A DNA stretch of 64,000 nt from the NCBI GenBank assembly GCA_964384485.1, contig CAYLLE010000002.1, forward strand, positions 5,825 to 69,824. Direction: 5' to 3'. Below are positions 7,451 to 17,248 of the stretch, one piece after another. The notes beneath the pieces are model-generated. The model did no database searches. It was not told the DNA's origin and worked only from the letters and a program-made list of their open reading frames with translations. Made by a program: the position numbers and the translations under genes. This DNA comes from an uncultured Spirochaetales bacterium (lineage in GTDB: Bacteria > Spirochaetota > Spirochaetia > CAYLLE01). Each line of letters begins with the position of its first letter. Position 1 is the first letter of the stretch.

Positions 7451-9358
7451 CTACTTAAAAAGATTAGCGATAACCTTTTTATACTTGGCTGTGATGATGT
7501 TTCGCCGCATCTTCAGCGTCTGAGTCAGCTCTTCCCCGACTTCAAAATGATTTTTCAACAAGGCAAACCGGACGATTCGTTCAAATCCCTTGAAGCCGGT
7601 TTTCGGGTTGATCAGCGACTGCAGTTCGGAATTCACCGCGTTCAGAATTACCGGATTATCCAGGAGCTCTTCGTAATCGGTGTAGGGAATTCCCTTGTCT
7701 TTGGCATAGTTAACGATTAGTTCTTCGTTCGGCACCACCAATGCTCCGAGATACCGCTGGTCCTGTCCGACAACCATCACCTGATCGATAAATTCGGACT
7801 GAAGAATTTTTTCTTCAATCGGTGCCGGTTCTACATTTTCACCGCCGATCAGAACGATAGTCTCCTTTACACGGCCGACTATTTTGAGCTCGTTTCCCTT
7901 ACTCATGACGACCAAGTCACCCGTATTGAGCCATCCGTCCCGGAGAACCTTTTCGGTTTCTTCCGGTTTTTTGTAATATCCCTGCATAATCTGCTCGCTC
8001 TTTACATGGAGAACCCCTTTTCTGCCGGGAGAAAGTTCCTTCCCGTCTTCTCCTAAGACCTTCCACTGGATTTCTTCCAGGGGGGAGCCCACCGTTCCAA
8101 TTTCCGGCTTCTTTTCGTTCCGCACCGCGATCACCGGAGCGGTTTCGGTAAGTCCGTACCCCTCAAGCAATTTGATGCCGGCAGCCTGGAAAAACTTATC
8201 AACATAGGGGGGGAGGGCGCCGCCGCCTGAAATCCCTGCCTTAAATCTTCCGCCCAGTTTATTCTTTAGTTTTTTGAACACCAGTACGTTTCCGAGTGCC
8301 TTCAAGGGAGTCAGAAGAAGAAGCGGGATTGCGCTAAGAACCGAATCGACAACGCGGCTCCTGGATTTAAACCGGGGATATCGTCCCAAAAATAAATTAA
8401 AAAGGGTGGCATGAGATTTTCCTACTCCCATAAAAAAGTGGAACAGTCCCCGCTTTACTCCGGACTGCTTGTTGATGTTCCGGTATACCGCGCTGCGCAC
8501 ACCTTCCCAGATTCGCGGTACCGACGTCATATACGTTGGTCTGATTACCGACATATCGTCCATCATTACCTGTCCGATCGGTTTGGAGTATGCGATTGCG
8601 GAACCGTAGCTCATGCAGATATATTCCACTGCCCGTTCAAAGGAGTGCCAAATGGGAAGTACGGTTAGAAAGATATCCGACGGATCAAGAAACAGCTTCA
8701 CTTTAATTTTTTCAAGCTGAAACAGAAATGAGCGGTGAGTCAGCATTACTCCTTTCGGATCGCCGGTGGTGCCTGAGGTGTAGAGGAGGGTAGCCAAATC
8801 GTCGGCCTGACCTTTTTCGAGCTCTTCCTTAAAAAGGTCAGGATTTTTTGCGACCAGTCCTCCGCTTTTTTCCATCAGTTCCTTAAAGGGAATGACGGTT
8901 ACGCCTGTTCTTTTCTTTTTTCCTTCATTGAAGGCCGGATCAATCACTATGATTTCTTTCAGATTGGGTATTTCCTTTTTTAGAGAAAGGATTTTTTCCA
9001 GCTGTGCTTCGTTTTCCGCGAATGTCCTCCGGCAGTCGGCATGATTGAGGATGTAAGCCATTTCCTGCGCCGTTGAATCCGAACCCCGGGGAACATCAGC
9101 GGCACCGATGGAAAGAAGGGCCAGATCGATAATGATCCATTCAGGCCGGTTGTCGCTCATGAGTCCCACATGATCTCCCCGTTTGATGCCCATGTCGAGA
9201 AATACGGTTCCCAGGGCTCTTACCCGCTCCCAGAGTCCTCCGAAGGTCAAAACCTGATACGTACCGCTCTCATTCTTGCTGTGAAGGGCATCTTCATCCG
9301 GATAAACCTCGACAATAGCTTTCATTGCTTTTGGAACCGTTAGTTTTGCATCAATCAT
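7451..9358 (-). CDS. long-chain acyl-CoA synthetase (AMP-dependent synthetase/ligase family)
   Basis: 635-aa ORF. AMP-binding signature LLYTSGTTGDPKGVMLTHRSF, a later GYGLTETAP motif, and length typical of long-chain fatty-acid-CoA ligases. Confidence 0.85.
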   Translation of the reverse strand: MIDAKLTVPKAMKAIVEVYPDEDALHSKNESGTYQVLTFGGLWERVRALGTVFLDMGIKRGDHVGLMSDNRPEWIIIDLALLSIGAADVPRGSDSTAQEMAYILNHADCRRTFAENEAQLEKILSLKKEIPNLKEIIVIDPAFNEGKKKRTGVTVIPFKELMEKSGGLVAKNPDLFKEELEKGQADDLATLLYTSGTTGDPKGVMLTHRSFLFQLEKIKVKLFLDPSDIFLTVLPIWHSFERAVEYICMSYGSAIAYSKPIGQVMMDDMSVIRPTYMTSVPRIWEGVRSAVYRNINKQSGVKRGLFHFFMGVGKSHATLFNLFLGRYPRFKSRSRVVDSVLSAIPLLLLTPLKALGNVLVFKKLKNKLGGRFKAGISGGGALPPYVDKFFQAAGIKLLEGYGLTETAPVIAVRNEKKPEIGTVGSPLEEIQWKVLGEDGKELSPGRKGVLHVKSEQIMQGYYKKPEETEKVLRDGWLNTGDLVVMSKGNELKIVGRVKETIVLIGGENVEPAPIEEKILQSEFIDQVMVVGQDQRYLGALVVPNEELIVNYAKDKGIPYTDYEELLDNPVILNAVNSELQSLINPKTGFKGFERIVRFALLKNHFEVGEELTQTLKMRRNIITAKYKKVIANLFK

Positions 9359-9384
9359 ACCTTTCTCCTTTTAAGGTTTTCCGG

Positions 9385-9807
9385 TTATTCCGGAGTATCT
9401 CCGACCAGACACAGCCATTCCGCTTCCGCGGCGGTTTCTTCACCCACTATTGCTTTTCCGCTCTGTCTGATCATGCGGGGTGAAATCCGTAAATTTTTGA
9501 TAATCAGTTTGACTTCCTCTCCCGGGCGGACCTGTCTCCTGAATTTCGCCTTTTCCACTGAAGCCAAGAAGAAAAGTTTATCTCCCAGGGTACCCAGGGC
9601 GTTTATCCCGGCGCCGCCGCACTGCGCCATGGTTTCAATTAGAATGACACCCGGCACGACGGCATACTGTGGGAAATGACCTTTGAAGAAATATTCCTCT
9701 TCTGTATATTTGCGGTATCCGACAATCTCTTCATCATCATATCTTTCAAGTCTATCCACATATAAAAAGGGTTCTCTATGGGGCAGCAAGTTCTTTATTT
9801 CCGGCAT
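9385..9807 (-). CDS. fabZ: 3-hydroxyacyl-ACP dehydratase FabZ
   Basis: 140 aa. LPHREPFLYVDRL and GHFPQYAVVPGVILIETMAQCGG hot-dog dehydratase motifs. Confidence 0.9.
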   Translation of the reverse strand: MPEIKNLLPHREPFLYVDRLERYDDEEIVGYRKYTEEEYFFKGHFPQYAVVPGVILIETMAQCGGAGINALGTLGDKLFFLASVEKAKFRRQVRPGEEVKLIIKNLRISPRMIRQSGKAIVGEETAAEAEWLCLVGDTPE

Positions 9808-9845
9808 GGTTTGTTCCTTTCACTATATATTAAAATTAGTGTATA

Positions 9846-9874
9846 ATTATACGGCAGGCAGCGGGGTTTTACAA
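9846..9874 (-). promoter_or_regulatory. candidate sigma70 promoter for fabZ (TTGTAA-N17-TATAAT)
   Basis: The minus strand reads TTGTAA (9874-9869), a 17-nt spacer, then TATAAT (9851-9846). The -10 lies inside the 12-bp palindrome GTATAATTATAC. It is about 40 nt upstream of the fabZ ATG. Confidence 0.45.
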
Positions 9875-9918
9875 GCAAATATGCAAAACGATTGCTGATA
9901 AAGAAAGACAGCAATTCC

Positions 9919-9947
9919 TTGACACCCTTACCCGGGTGTGTTATATC
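9919..9947 (+). promoter_or_regulatory. candidate sigma70 promoter for the acc operon (TTGACA-N17-TATATC) with an inverted repeat in the spacer
   Basis: TTGACA at 9919-9924, a 17-nt spacer, TATATC at 9942-9947. The spacer contains ACACCC(9922-9927)-N6-GGGTGT(9934-9939). GGAGG lies 7 nt before the accB ATG. Confidence 0.5.
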
Positions 9948-10002
9948 CAAGAACAGCGATCCCAGCTAAGGGCTGCCAAATCCTACGGTACCGGGAGGAC
10001 CT

Positions 10003-10455
10003 ATGCAGATTAATGACATCCATGAATTACTTGAAAAATTCGACAGCAGTTCACTTTCTGAACTAAGACTAACTATAGAAAATATGAAACTTGTCATGAA
10101 GAAGGGGGGAACTGCCCTCCACGGAACGGCGGTTCATCATACACTGACCGCGGAATCGGTGCCCGCTACGCCGGAAAAAACGGACCAGGCGGCAGCTGGT
10201 GAACCTGCCGGGAATACTGAATTCGTAACCGCGCCTATTGTCGGAACATTTTATCGGGCTCCGACTCCTGATTCTCCGCCGTTTGCTGAACCGGGATCTA
10301 AATTTAAGGCGGGAGAAACCCTTTGTATCATAGAAGCCATGAAAGTGATGAATGAAATGGAAGCGGATTACGATCTGGAGGTTATTTCCGTCCTTGTGGA
10401 AAACGGTGTTATGGTTGAACACGGTACTCCCCTTTTTGAGGTACGCCGGATATGA
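10003..10455 (+). CDS. accB: acetyl-CoA carboxylase biotin carboxyl carrier protein
   Basis: 150 aa. Pro/Ala-rich linker, then a biotinyl domain with CIIEAMKVMNEMEA (biotin-lysine motif). Confidence 0.92.
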   Translation: MQINDIHELLEKFDSSSLSELRLTIENMKLVMKKGGTALHGTAVHHTLTAESVPATPEKTDQAAAGEPAGNTEFVTAPIVGTFYRAPTPDSPPFAEPGSKFKAGETLCIIEAMKVMNEMEADYDLEVISVLVENGVMVEHGTPLFEVRRI

Positions 10456-11774
10456 TTGCCTCCCTTTTCATCGCGAACCGGGGAGAGATCGCTGTAAGGA
10501 TTATCCGGGCATGCCGGGAGATGGGTATACGATCGGTTATAGGATACTCCGAGGCTGATAAGGAATCCTTAGGTGTCAGGATGGCGGATGAAGCTGTCTG
10601 TATAGGCGCCTCACCGTCCCGGCTGAGCTACTTGAATATTTCCAACCTTGTTTCTGCGGCGCTATTAACGGGTTGTGACGCGGTCCATCCCGGAGTCGGC
10701 TTTCTCGCCGAAAACTCACCGTTTGCAAAAGCAGTTGAAGATGCGGGATTGATTTTTATCGGGCCCGCGGCCGAGACAATCAGCCTCCTTGGAGATAAAG
10801 TCCAGGCTAAGAGAAGCGCGGCTGAGTATAAGGTACCGGTAATACCCGGTTCGGAAGGATCGGTAGAGAATCCGGAGAAATCCCTGCAGGAAGCAAATGA
10901 GATCGGATTTCCGGTTATTGTAAAAGCCGCCGCGGGAGGCGGCGGAAAAGGGATGCGTATAGTCAGGGAAGAAAAAAATTTTCTGGACATACTGAAAGTC
11001 GCGTCGACTGAAGCCGAAGCGGCATTCTCCGACGGCACAGTCTATTTAGAAAAATATTTGGAAAACCCCAGGCATGTGGAAATCCAGATACTGTCGGACG
11101 GCGCAGGCAATGTGATCCATCTCGGCGAGAGGGACTGTTCAGCTCAATTCAATCACCAGAAACTTGTTGAAGAAAGCCCCTCTCCCGGAGTCAATCCCGC
11201 CATGAGGAAGAGCATGGGAGACGCCGCGGTCCGGCTTTTCAAGGGTCTTGGATACATCGGTGCCGGTACCATAGAGTTTCTGGTATCCGGTGATGAGTAT
11301 TATTTTATGGAAGTGAACGCCAGAGTTCAGGTGGAACATCCCGTAACCGAAATGGTAACCGGTGTGGACATTATCCGGGAACAAATTCTCGTGTGTACGG
11401 GAGAAACTCTTAAACTGAACCAGGATGAAATATCGCTAAAAGGATGTGCCGTTGAATGCAGGATCAACGCGCGGAAACCGGGCAAAGTCAGCTCCTATCT
11501 GCCGCCGGGCGGATTCATGACCCGGATGGACAGCCATCTCTATACCGGCTACACTGTGCCGCCGTATTATGATGCCCTTATCGGAAAGCTGATCGTGTGG
11601 GCCGCGGGAAGAGATCTCGCGCTAAAGCGGATGGACCGGGCACTGACCGAATTGGATCTCCAGGGAGTGGAGACAAATATCGAAGAGCAGCAAAAAATTA
11701 TCCGGAGTAAGATTTTCCGGTCGGGAAATTTCGGTACTGATATGCTGTCCCATGTATTAAAAGAGGGGACCTAA
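10452..11774 (+). CDS. accC: acetyl-CoA carboxylase biotin carboxylase subunit
   Basis: 440 aa. IANRGEIAVRIIRACREMGI, GGGGKGMRIV, MEVNARVQVEHPVTE. The ATG overlaps the accB stop (ATGA). Confidence 0.95.
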   Translation: MIASLFIANRGEIAVRIIRACREMGIRSVIGYSEADKESLGVRMADEAVCIGASPSRLSYLNISNLVSAALLTGCDAVHPGVGFLAENSPFAKAVEDAGLIFIGPAAETISLLGDKVQAKRSAAEYKVPVIPGSEGSVENPEKSLQEANEIGFPVIVKAAAGGGGKGMRIVREEKNFLDILKVASTEAEAAFSDGTVYLEKYLENPRHVEIQILSDGAGNVIHLGERDCSAQFNHQKLVEESPSPGVNPAMRKSMGDAAVRLFKGLGYIGAGTIEFLVSGDEYYFMEVNARVQVEHPVTEMVTGVDIIREQILVCTGETLKLNQDEISLKGCAVECRINARKPGKVSSYLPPGGFMTRMDSHLYTGYTVPPYYDALIGKLIVWAAGRDLALKRMDRALTELDLQGVETNIEEQQKIIRSKIFRSGNFGTDMLSHVLKEGT

Positions 11775-12661
11775 TGAAGAGATCCTATAATCTTGAAGGA
11801 AGATTCAAGCGGCTTTTCAGGAAAAAGCCCCGGGCGGTAAAACATGTCTCGGGTCTTGATGAGCGGACGTTCGTCGAGAAAAAGCATTCATGTCCGCAGT
11901 GTTTTGTGCATATAGAGGATGAGGAGCTGTCGACAAACCTGTACGTTTGCCCCAGCTGTAATCATCACTTCAGGATAAGCGCGACAGAGCGGATTCCTAT
12001 GATTGCCGATGACGATTTTTTTTACGAATTCGCCGGGAATCTTCAAACGACTAATCCGGTAGAATTTCCCGGGTACGAAGAAAAACTCGTTAAGACCCGG
12101 CAGAAGACCGGACTTGATGAAGCCGTTAAGGTCGGGCACTGCAGGATAAACGGCAGAGAAGCCGTAGTCGGCATTATGTCCTTCAGCTTCCTCGGCGCCA
12201 GTATGGGTTCGGTTGTGGGAGAACGGATCACCCGGGCAATTATGAACGGTGCTGAAGAAGGTCTCCCGGTGGTTCTTTTTACCGCTTCAGGCGGAGCAAG
12301 GATGCATGAAACCATCTTTTCTCTGATGCAGATGGCTAAAACCTCAAACGCCGCCGCTCTATTAGAAAAGAAGGGGATGCCGTTATTCAATGTGCTTACC
12401 GACCCGACCACCGGCGGCGTAACCGCCTCCTTCGCTATGCTGGGGGATGTTACATTGGCGGAACCCGACGCGATCATCGGATTCGCGGGCGCCCGTGTAA
12501 TTAGCGGAACGATAAAGCAGAAACTCCCCGTGGGATTCCAGCGCTCCGAATTTCAGCTTGAAAAAGGGTTTGTGGACGCGATTGTGGAACGGAGAAATTT
12601 GAAGCAGGTCCTCTCCTTTCTTATCGATACACATACCGGCCGATACCGGGGGCGAAAATGA
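11774..12661 (+). CDS. accD: acetyl-CoA carboxylase carboxyltransferase beta subunit
   Basis: 295 aa. N-terminal zinc ribbon CPQC..(x16)..CPSCNHH, then a carboxyltransferase core (GASMGSVVGE, SGGARMHE). The start overlaps the accC stop (TAATG). Confidence 0.93.
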   Translation: MKRSYNLEGRFKRLFRKKPRAVKHVSGLDERTFVEKKHSCPQCFVHIEDEELSTNLYVCPSCNHHFRISATERIPMIADDDFFYEFAGNLQTTNPVEFPGYEEKLVKTRQKTGLDEAVKVGHCRINGREAVVGIMSFSFLGASMGSVVGERITRAIMNGAEEGLPVVLFTASGGARMHETIFSLMQMAKTSNAAALLEKKGMPLFNVLTDPTTGGVTASFAMLGDVTLAEPDAIIGFAGARVISGTIKQKLPVGFQRSEFQLEKGFVDAIVERRNLKQVLSFLIDTHTGRYRGRK

Positions 12662-13620
12662 AAGATAAAAAAATAGAACGGAAACTGAGGGAGCTCCGTG
12701 CATTAGCAGGCAGCAACCGCCCGGATATTCACGCGGAAATTGCGCACCTGGAAACAAAACTTACCGGTCATGATGACGGCATTGACGCGTGGCAGCGGGT
12801 GGAACTGGCCCGGCATCCGAAACGGCCCACCGCAATGGATTTTATTACCATGATCACGGAGGATTTTCTGGAACTCCACGGAGACCGGTATTTCGCTGAT
12901 GATCCGGCAATGATCGGCGGTATCGGAATGCTTGATTCACAGCCCGTCACCTTTATCGGTCTGCAGAAAGGCCGGAATATGAAAGAAAACATCCGGCGAA
13001 ACTACGGAATGGCCCATGCCGAAGGATACCGGAAAGCCCTCCGGCTTGCAAAACAGGCGGAAAAGTTTGGGCGTCCCGTAATAACACTGATTGACACACC
13101 CGGCGCGGCGTCCGGGATCGGTGCTGAAGAGCGGGGAATCGCCGAAGCGATTGCCAGGAATCTCAAGGAATTTTCGGTACTCGAAGTTCCTGTTCTCTGC
13201 TTTGTTTTGGGAGAAGGAATGTCCGGCGGTGCTCTGGGTATCGGAGTAGGAGACAGAGTTTTCATGCTGGAGAATTCAATTTATTCCGTTATTTCACCGG
13301 AAGGACTGGCGCTGATTTTGTTCAGGGATTCCTCGAAATCCCAATACGCCGCCGGAGTCATGAAGATGACAGCAAGGGATCTGCTCTCTTTCGGCATTAT
13401 CGACGGTATAATAAAGGAAGGGGAAGGCGGTGCTCATGAAAACCCCGAATTGGTTGCTCATCGGATAAAAGAACAGATACAAATCTCCCTGGACGTACTG
13501 ATGTACAAAAAACCGGCAGACCTTTTAAAAGAAAGGTCTGCGAGAATAATGAAGATGGGAAGTTACCTGGAAGAGCCGGTGAAGAAAAAAACGTTTATCC
13601 GGCGTCTCTTCGGGAAATAG
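12658..13620 (+). CDS. accA: acetyl-CoA carboxylase carboxyltransferase alpha subunit
   Basis: 320 aa. RHPKRPT, GRPVITLIDTPGA, GEGMSGGALG. The start overlaps the accD stop (ATGA). Confidence 0.93.
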   Translation: MKDKKIERKLRELRALAGSNRPDIHAEIAHLETKLTGHDDGIDAWQRVELARHPKRPTAMDFITMITEDFLELHGDRYFADDPAMIGGIGMLDSQPVTFIGLQKGRNMKENIRRNYGMAHAEGYRKALRLAKQAEKFGRPVITLIDTPGAASGIGAEERGIAEAIARNLKEFSVLEVPVLCFVLGEGMSGGALGIGVGDRVFMLENSIYSVISPEGLALILFRDSSKSQYAAGVMKMTARDLLSFGIIDGIIKEGEGGAHENPELVAHRIKEQIQISLDVLMYKKPADLLKERSARIMKMGSYLEEPVKKKTFIRRLFGK

Positions 13621-13622
13621 CA

Positions 13623-14570
13623 TTAAATTCCCTGATACGTAAACCAGTCCCCCACCAGTGCCGGTATATTGATCACCCCGGTCAGTTCAAGGACGCCCGG
13701 AACAGCGAATATCAGGAAAAATATTATTTTACCTGCGGTCAGGATCCGGTCCTTTTTCCCTCTGATCAAGGCGGTGAGTGAAGGAATTATACCGATTAAA
13801 ATAGGAATGATTCCCCAGAGAAGTGTTGCCGCTGTTGGATTAAGCACCGCCCACTGCCGCATTGCTATCCCGGTCCGGGCAAACCAGCCGGTAAGCTGTT
13901 GAAACCTTCCGAAGGCGATCAATGCACCGATCGCAATAAGAAACAGCCCGCTAATAATCCGGATCGTTTTCATATGAGAAGAAAATTGACGGATTTTTTT
14001 GAGCATGGGGGTAAAGAAAATGGCAACTAATAAAAAAGGGATGCCCAGCCCCACAGAGTAGGCAGATAGATACAGCACCCCCTCAAAAACCTTTCCGGAA
14101 CTCCCGGCTAAAAACAAAATGCCCGCAAGAATGGGACCCACACAGGGGCTCCACCCGGCACCGAAGGCCATCCCCATTAGAAGAGAACCGGGATATCCTT
14201 TTGGAGAGCCTTTAAAGTGCATCTTTTTTTCGTAGTTTAAGAACTTCCAGAAGTTGAATATTACGTTGAGCCCCAGAAGAATCACTACAATCCCGGCCAC
14301 AATGTTTATTATCCGGGAAGCGCTCCCGAAGAGCAGCCCCGACCCGGAAAACAGTACCCCTAAGAGCACAAACACCACAGAAAATCCGCCTACAAAAAAA
14401 AGGGTTTTGAAAATAAGGGACCTTTTCGTTATTCCCTCCGCGGTTTGAACATCGTTGACTGTCATCCCGCCGATGAATGTAATATAGGACGGGATGAGCG
14501 GAAGAATACACGGGGAGAGAAATGAAAGGATTCCGGCGGCGAATGAGAGAAAAAGGTTGGGAGCCTGCAT
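13623..14570 (-). CDS. ccdA: cytochrome c biogenesis / thiol-disulfide transporter CcdA (DsbD-family transmembrane reductant conduit)
   Basis: 315 aa, polytopic. It carries both conserved Cys-containing helices (FLSPCILPLIPSYITF and GAGWSPCVGPILAGI) and an extra C-terminal hydrophobic extension. Confidence 0.8.
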   Translation of the reverse strand: MQAPNLFLSFAAGILSFLSPCILPLIPSYITFIGGMTVNDVQTAEGITKRSLIFKTLFFVGGFSVVFVLLGVLFSGSGLLFGSASRIINIVAGIVVILLGLNVIFNFWKFLNYEKKMHFKGSPKGYPGSLLMGMAFGAGWSPCVGPILAGILFLAGSSGKVFEGVLYLSAYSVGLGIPFLLVAIFFTPMLKKIRQFSSHMKTIRIISGLFLIAIGALIAFGRFQQLTGWFARTGIAMRQWAVLNPTAATLLWGIIPILIGIIPSLTALIRGKKDRILTAGKIIFFLIFAVPGVLELTGVINIPALVGDWFTYQGI

Positions 14571-14579
14571 CTACACCTC

Positions 14580-15206
14580 CTACATTTTAACTGAAAGCAG
14601 ATTTTGAAAGAGGGTAACCAATGTCTCGCTGTCCCACTCTCTGGCGCCGGAAACTCCTCCCAGGGCTTTGCCGCTTCGGTCGATGATATAAGTCGTTGGA
14701 ATACCCCGGACGCCGTATTCACCCGCTACACTGCCGGACCGGTCTAACAGCACCGGATACGGAATATCATGTTTTTTTATAAACTCCTTCGCGGTAGCTG
14801 CATTTTCCTGAACATTCACTCCGACAATGGTAAGACCGTCGGCTTCGAGCTGCTTGTACAGTTTAACCATGGAGGGTTTTTCGACATTACACGGTCCGCA
14901 CCAGCTTGCCCAGAAGTTGAGCAGTACAACATGTCCGCGGAATGATTCCAACGTCCGTTCATCTCCCCCGGGAGTTTCCAGCGTAAAATCCGGCGAGTCC
15001 AGGGGTTCTTCAAAAACAGCAAAACCGGCAGAAGTCAAAGCCTCCCGCAAAGTGGTCAGAGATTCACCGGATATCTCCGATTCGTGGATCTCCGGCTCTG
15101 CCGCCTGGGTGTCTTCGGCTTCACCGTTTCCTGAGCATCCGGCGATGAAAACAATGTTGAAAATGAGAAATGTACCAATCAATATTATCTTATTCATATA
15201 TTGCAC
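14580..15206 (-). CDS. TlpA/ResA-family thioredoxin-like lipoprotein (thiol:disulfide oxidoreductase)
   Basis: 208 aa. Lipobox FIAGCSG and thioredoxin active site NFWASWCGPC. Adjacent to ccdA. Confidence 0.85.
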   Translation of the reverse strand: MQYMNKIILIGTFLIFNIVFIAGCSGNGEAEDTQAAEPEIHESEISGESLTTLREALTSAGFAVFEEPLDSPDFTLETPGGDERTLESFRGHVVLLNFWASWCGPCNVEKPSMVKLYKQLEADGLTIVGVNVQENAATAKEFIKKHDIPYPVLLDRSGSVAGEYGVRGIPTTYIIDRSGKALGGVSGAREWDSETLVTLFQNLLSVKM

Positions 15207-15222
15207 TCCTTGTATGTATAAT

Positions 15223-15981
15223 TTATCTTATATTTAACATGTAATCAACAATTTTCCCAATATTTCCCTCCGGCATCAGGTCTGAAAGGAGAAGTACCGC
15301 AATGTTGTATAGACCATGGGCCGCTGCAAGAAAGTGGAGATTTCTCCGGTACACAAATAGAGCGCCGAAGTATAAGCCGATGCTGAAGGAAACGAGGAAG
15401 CCGGCCCACCCCTGGTAAAAATGGCCTATGCTGAATAATAATCCGCTTAATATTACGGCGCCCCATACCGGTAGTTTAATCTGTTCAAAACGATGGATCA
15501 AATAACTCCGGAAGAACAACTCTTCCCGGTATCCGGTAACAAAAGAAGACAGTACCATAAGCGGAATCACTCCGTAATTTGTGAATTCCCATCGAAAACC
15601 GCCTGAAATCTGTTCCTGGGATTCCGCGGGGAGAATTAGAAGAATGAGTGAGAGTATGGAAAGGATGATAAAAATTCCCACAGCGCCCGGTATTCCCATA
15701 AGAGCGTCTTTAAGCCGAAACTTTTTTATTCCCATAGCCTCCCAATCGGTGTTTTTTCGAATTGATAGAATATAGAGAAGCAGGAATATTTGAGGCAGGG
15801 ATATTATCAGATACTGCAGATGGTATTCCCACCTGTTAAACAGTTCGGGATTGAAACTGGCCGTCTGCGCGATAATTCCCGGCAGAAAAAACACCGAAAA
15901 GGTTAGGATTATCTCTTTACATATGATTGATCTGTTGGCTATACTTGCATTATTAGAAAAAGGTTGTTGGTTTTTTTCCAT
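15223..15981 (-). CDS. CPBP-family intramembrane glutamic endopeptidase (CAAX protease/Abi-like)
   Basis: The track ORF extends to 16107 and would overlap the divergent PilZ gene, so I prefer ATG 15981 (MEKNQQ). Motifs GYREELFFRSYL, FSIGHFYQG and AAAHGLYN match the three CPBP motifs. Confidence 0.8.
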   Translation of the reverse strand: MEKNQQPFSNNASIANRSIICKEIILTFSVFFLPGIIAQTASFNPELFNRWEYHLQYLIISLPQIFLLLYILSIRKNTDWEAMGIKKFRLKDALMGIPGAVGIFIILSILSLILLILPAESQEQISGGFRWEFTNYGVIPLMVLSSFVTGYREELFFRSYLIHRFEQIKLPVWGAVILSGLLFSIGHFYQGWAGFLVSFSIGLYFGALFVYRRNLHFLAAAHGLYNIAVLLLSDLMPEGNIGKIVDYMLNIR

Positions 15982-16054
15982 ATGGACTATAAAATAGCAT
16001 AAAACGGCACCGGAATCGAGTATTAGAATCCGTATGGGTAGGTAAAGGCGGTAC

Positions 16055-17095
16055 ATGGGACTAGTTTTTTTAATTATCGGCTTAATTCTGATCACAGCCC
16101 TGGTCATCTTTATCCAGCGGAGCGGAGGTTTCGGCTTCCCCTGGGTTCAGTTTTATGTAAAGGGTAAGGAATCGGGATTCAAATTCCGTGAACTGAACCT
16201 GCTTCGGCGGGTAGCCGTGGAAAACAGGCTGAAGAATCCTACCGCCCTTTTCTGGTCGGAAAAGCAGCTGGACCGGTGTATTAGGGGGACGATAATCCGG
16301 TTCAGATCAAAAGACAAAGAATCGGATGAATCTTCCATCCTGTTTTTAAATAAACTGTTCGATTTCAGGAAACGGGTGGAGTTCAATCTTCCCAAATACC
16401 GGCTCGGGCTTAGATCCACCAGAAACATCGATACAAGTCAGAGACTCAAGATCACCTTTCCCGGAGCCGGCGTCTATCAGGCAAAAGTCGTTGAGAACAT
16501 GCGGAAATACCTGGCAATTTCTTACCCCCAGGGGAATCCTCTGCCTCCGGGATTTTCATGGAAAGGCGAGCGGATTAATATCTATTTCTGGCGTCAGGAG
16601 GACGCGGGGTATTACTTTGAATCGAAAGTCATCGGTGATTATCTCGATAAAAAGTATCCCATTCTCCATATCTCCCATTCAGACAACTTAGTCAGGACTC
16701 AGAAGCGGAATTCCATCCGGGCCGATCTGAATAAGCCGGGAAAGGTTTTTCCCTTAAGGACTATAGAAGGCGCCGATGAAGAAGAGGAACGGTTCGGCGG
16801 ATACCGGGGGAAGATGATAGATATCTCCGAAGACGGCGCCGCGATTCTTGTCGGAGGCAGGGCCAAGACAGGACTGCCGGTGAAACTACAGACCGAGTTT
16901 TTGGGAAATACAATCGTTATGTGCGGAATTATAAAGGGGGTGAACTACAACCGTAACAAACACGTGTCCACCCTTCATATTCAGGCGGTACCCCCCAGTC
17001 CAATAATGAAGAATAATATTCTGACTTATGTGTACGGAATTTTTAAAGAAGCTGAATCAGCCCGGGGTCAGATTCATCCGAATAGATCCAGGTAG
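16055..17095 (+). CDS. PilZ-domain c-di-GMP receptor with an N-terminal TM helix and a YcgR/PilZN-like domain
   Basis: 346 aa. TM LVFLIIGLILITALVIFI. PilZ signature QKRNSIRADL (RxxxR) and KMIDISEDGAAILV (DxSxxG). Confidence 0.75.
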   Translation: MGLVFLIIGLILITALVIFIQRSGGFGFPWVQFYVKGKESGFKFRELNLLRRVAVENRLKNPTALFWSEKQLDRCIRGTIIRFRSKDKESDESSILFLNKLFDFRKRVEFNLPKYRLGLRSTRNIDTSQRLKITFPGAGVYQAKVVENMRKYLAISYPQGNPLPPGFSWKGERINIYFWRQEDAGYYFESKVIGDYLDKKYPILHISHSDNLVRTQKRNSIRADLNKPGKVFPLRTIEGADEEEERFGGYRGKMIDISEDGAAILVGGRAKTGLPVKLQTEFLGNTIVMCGIIKGVNYNRNKHVSTLHIQAVPPSPIMKNNILTYVYGIFKEAESARGQIHPNRSR

Positions 17096-17248
17096 ATAGA
17101 ATACGGTTTCCGGGAATAACTTTTAAAAAAAAATCATCCTGATTTGAATCAGATAACAAAAAGAATTAGTATTTATTTCCAGAGGGTACTGTAATAAATA
17201 ATAAACGGAGCTGACAAAGGCAGTACCTGTTGAGGGAGGACATAAATT

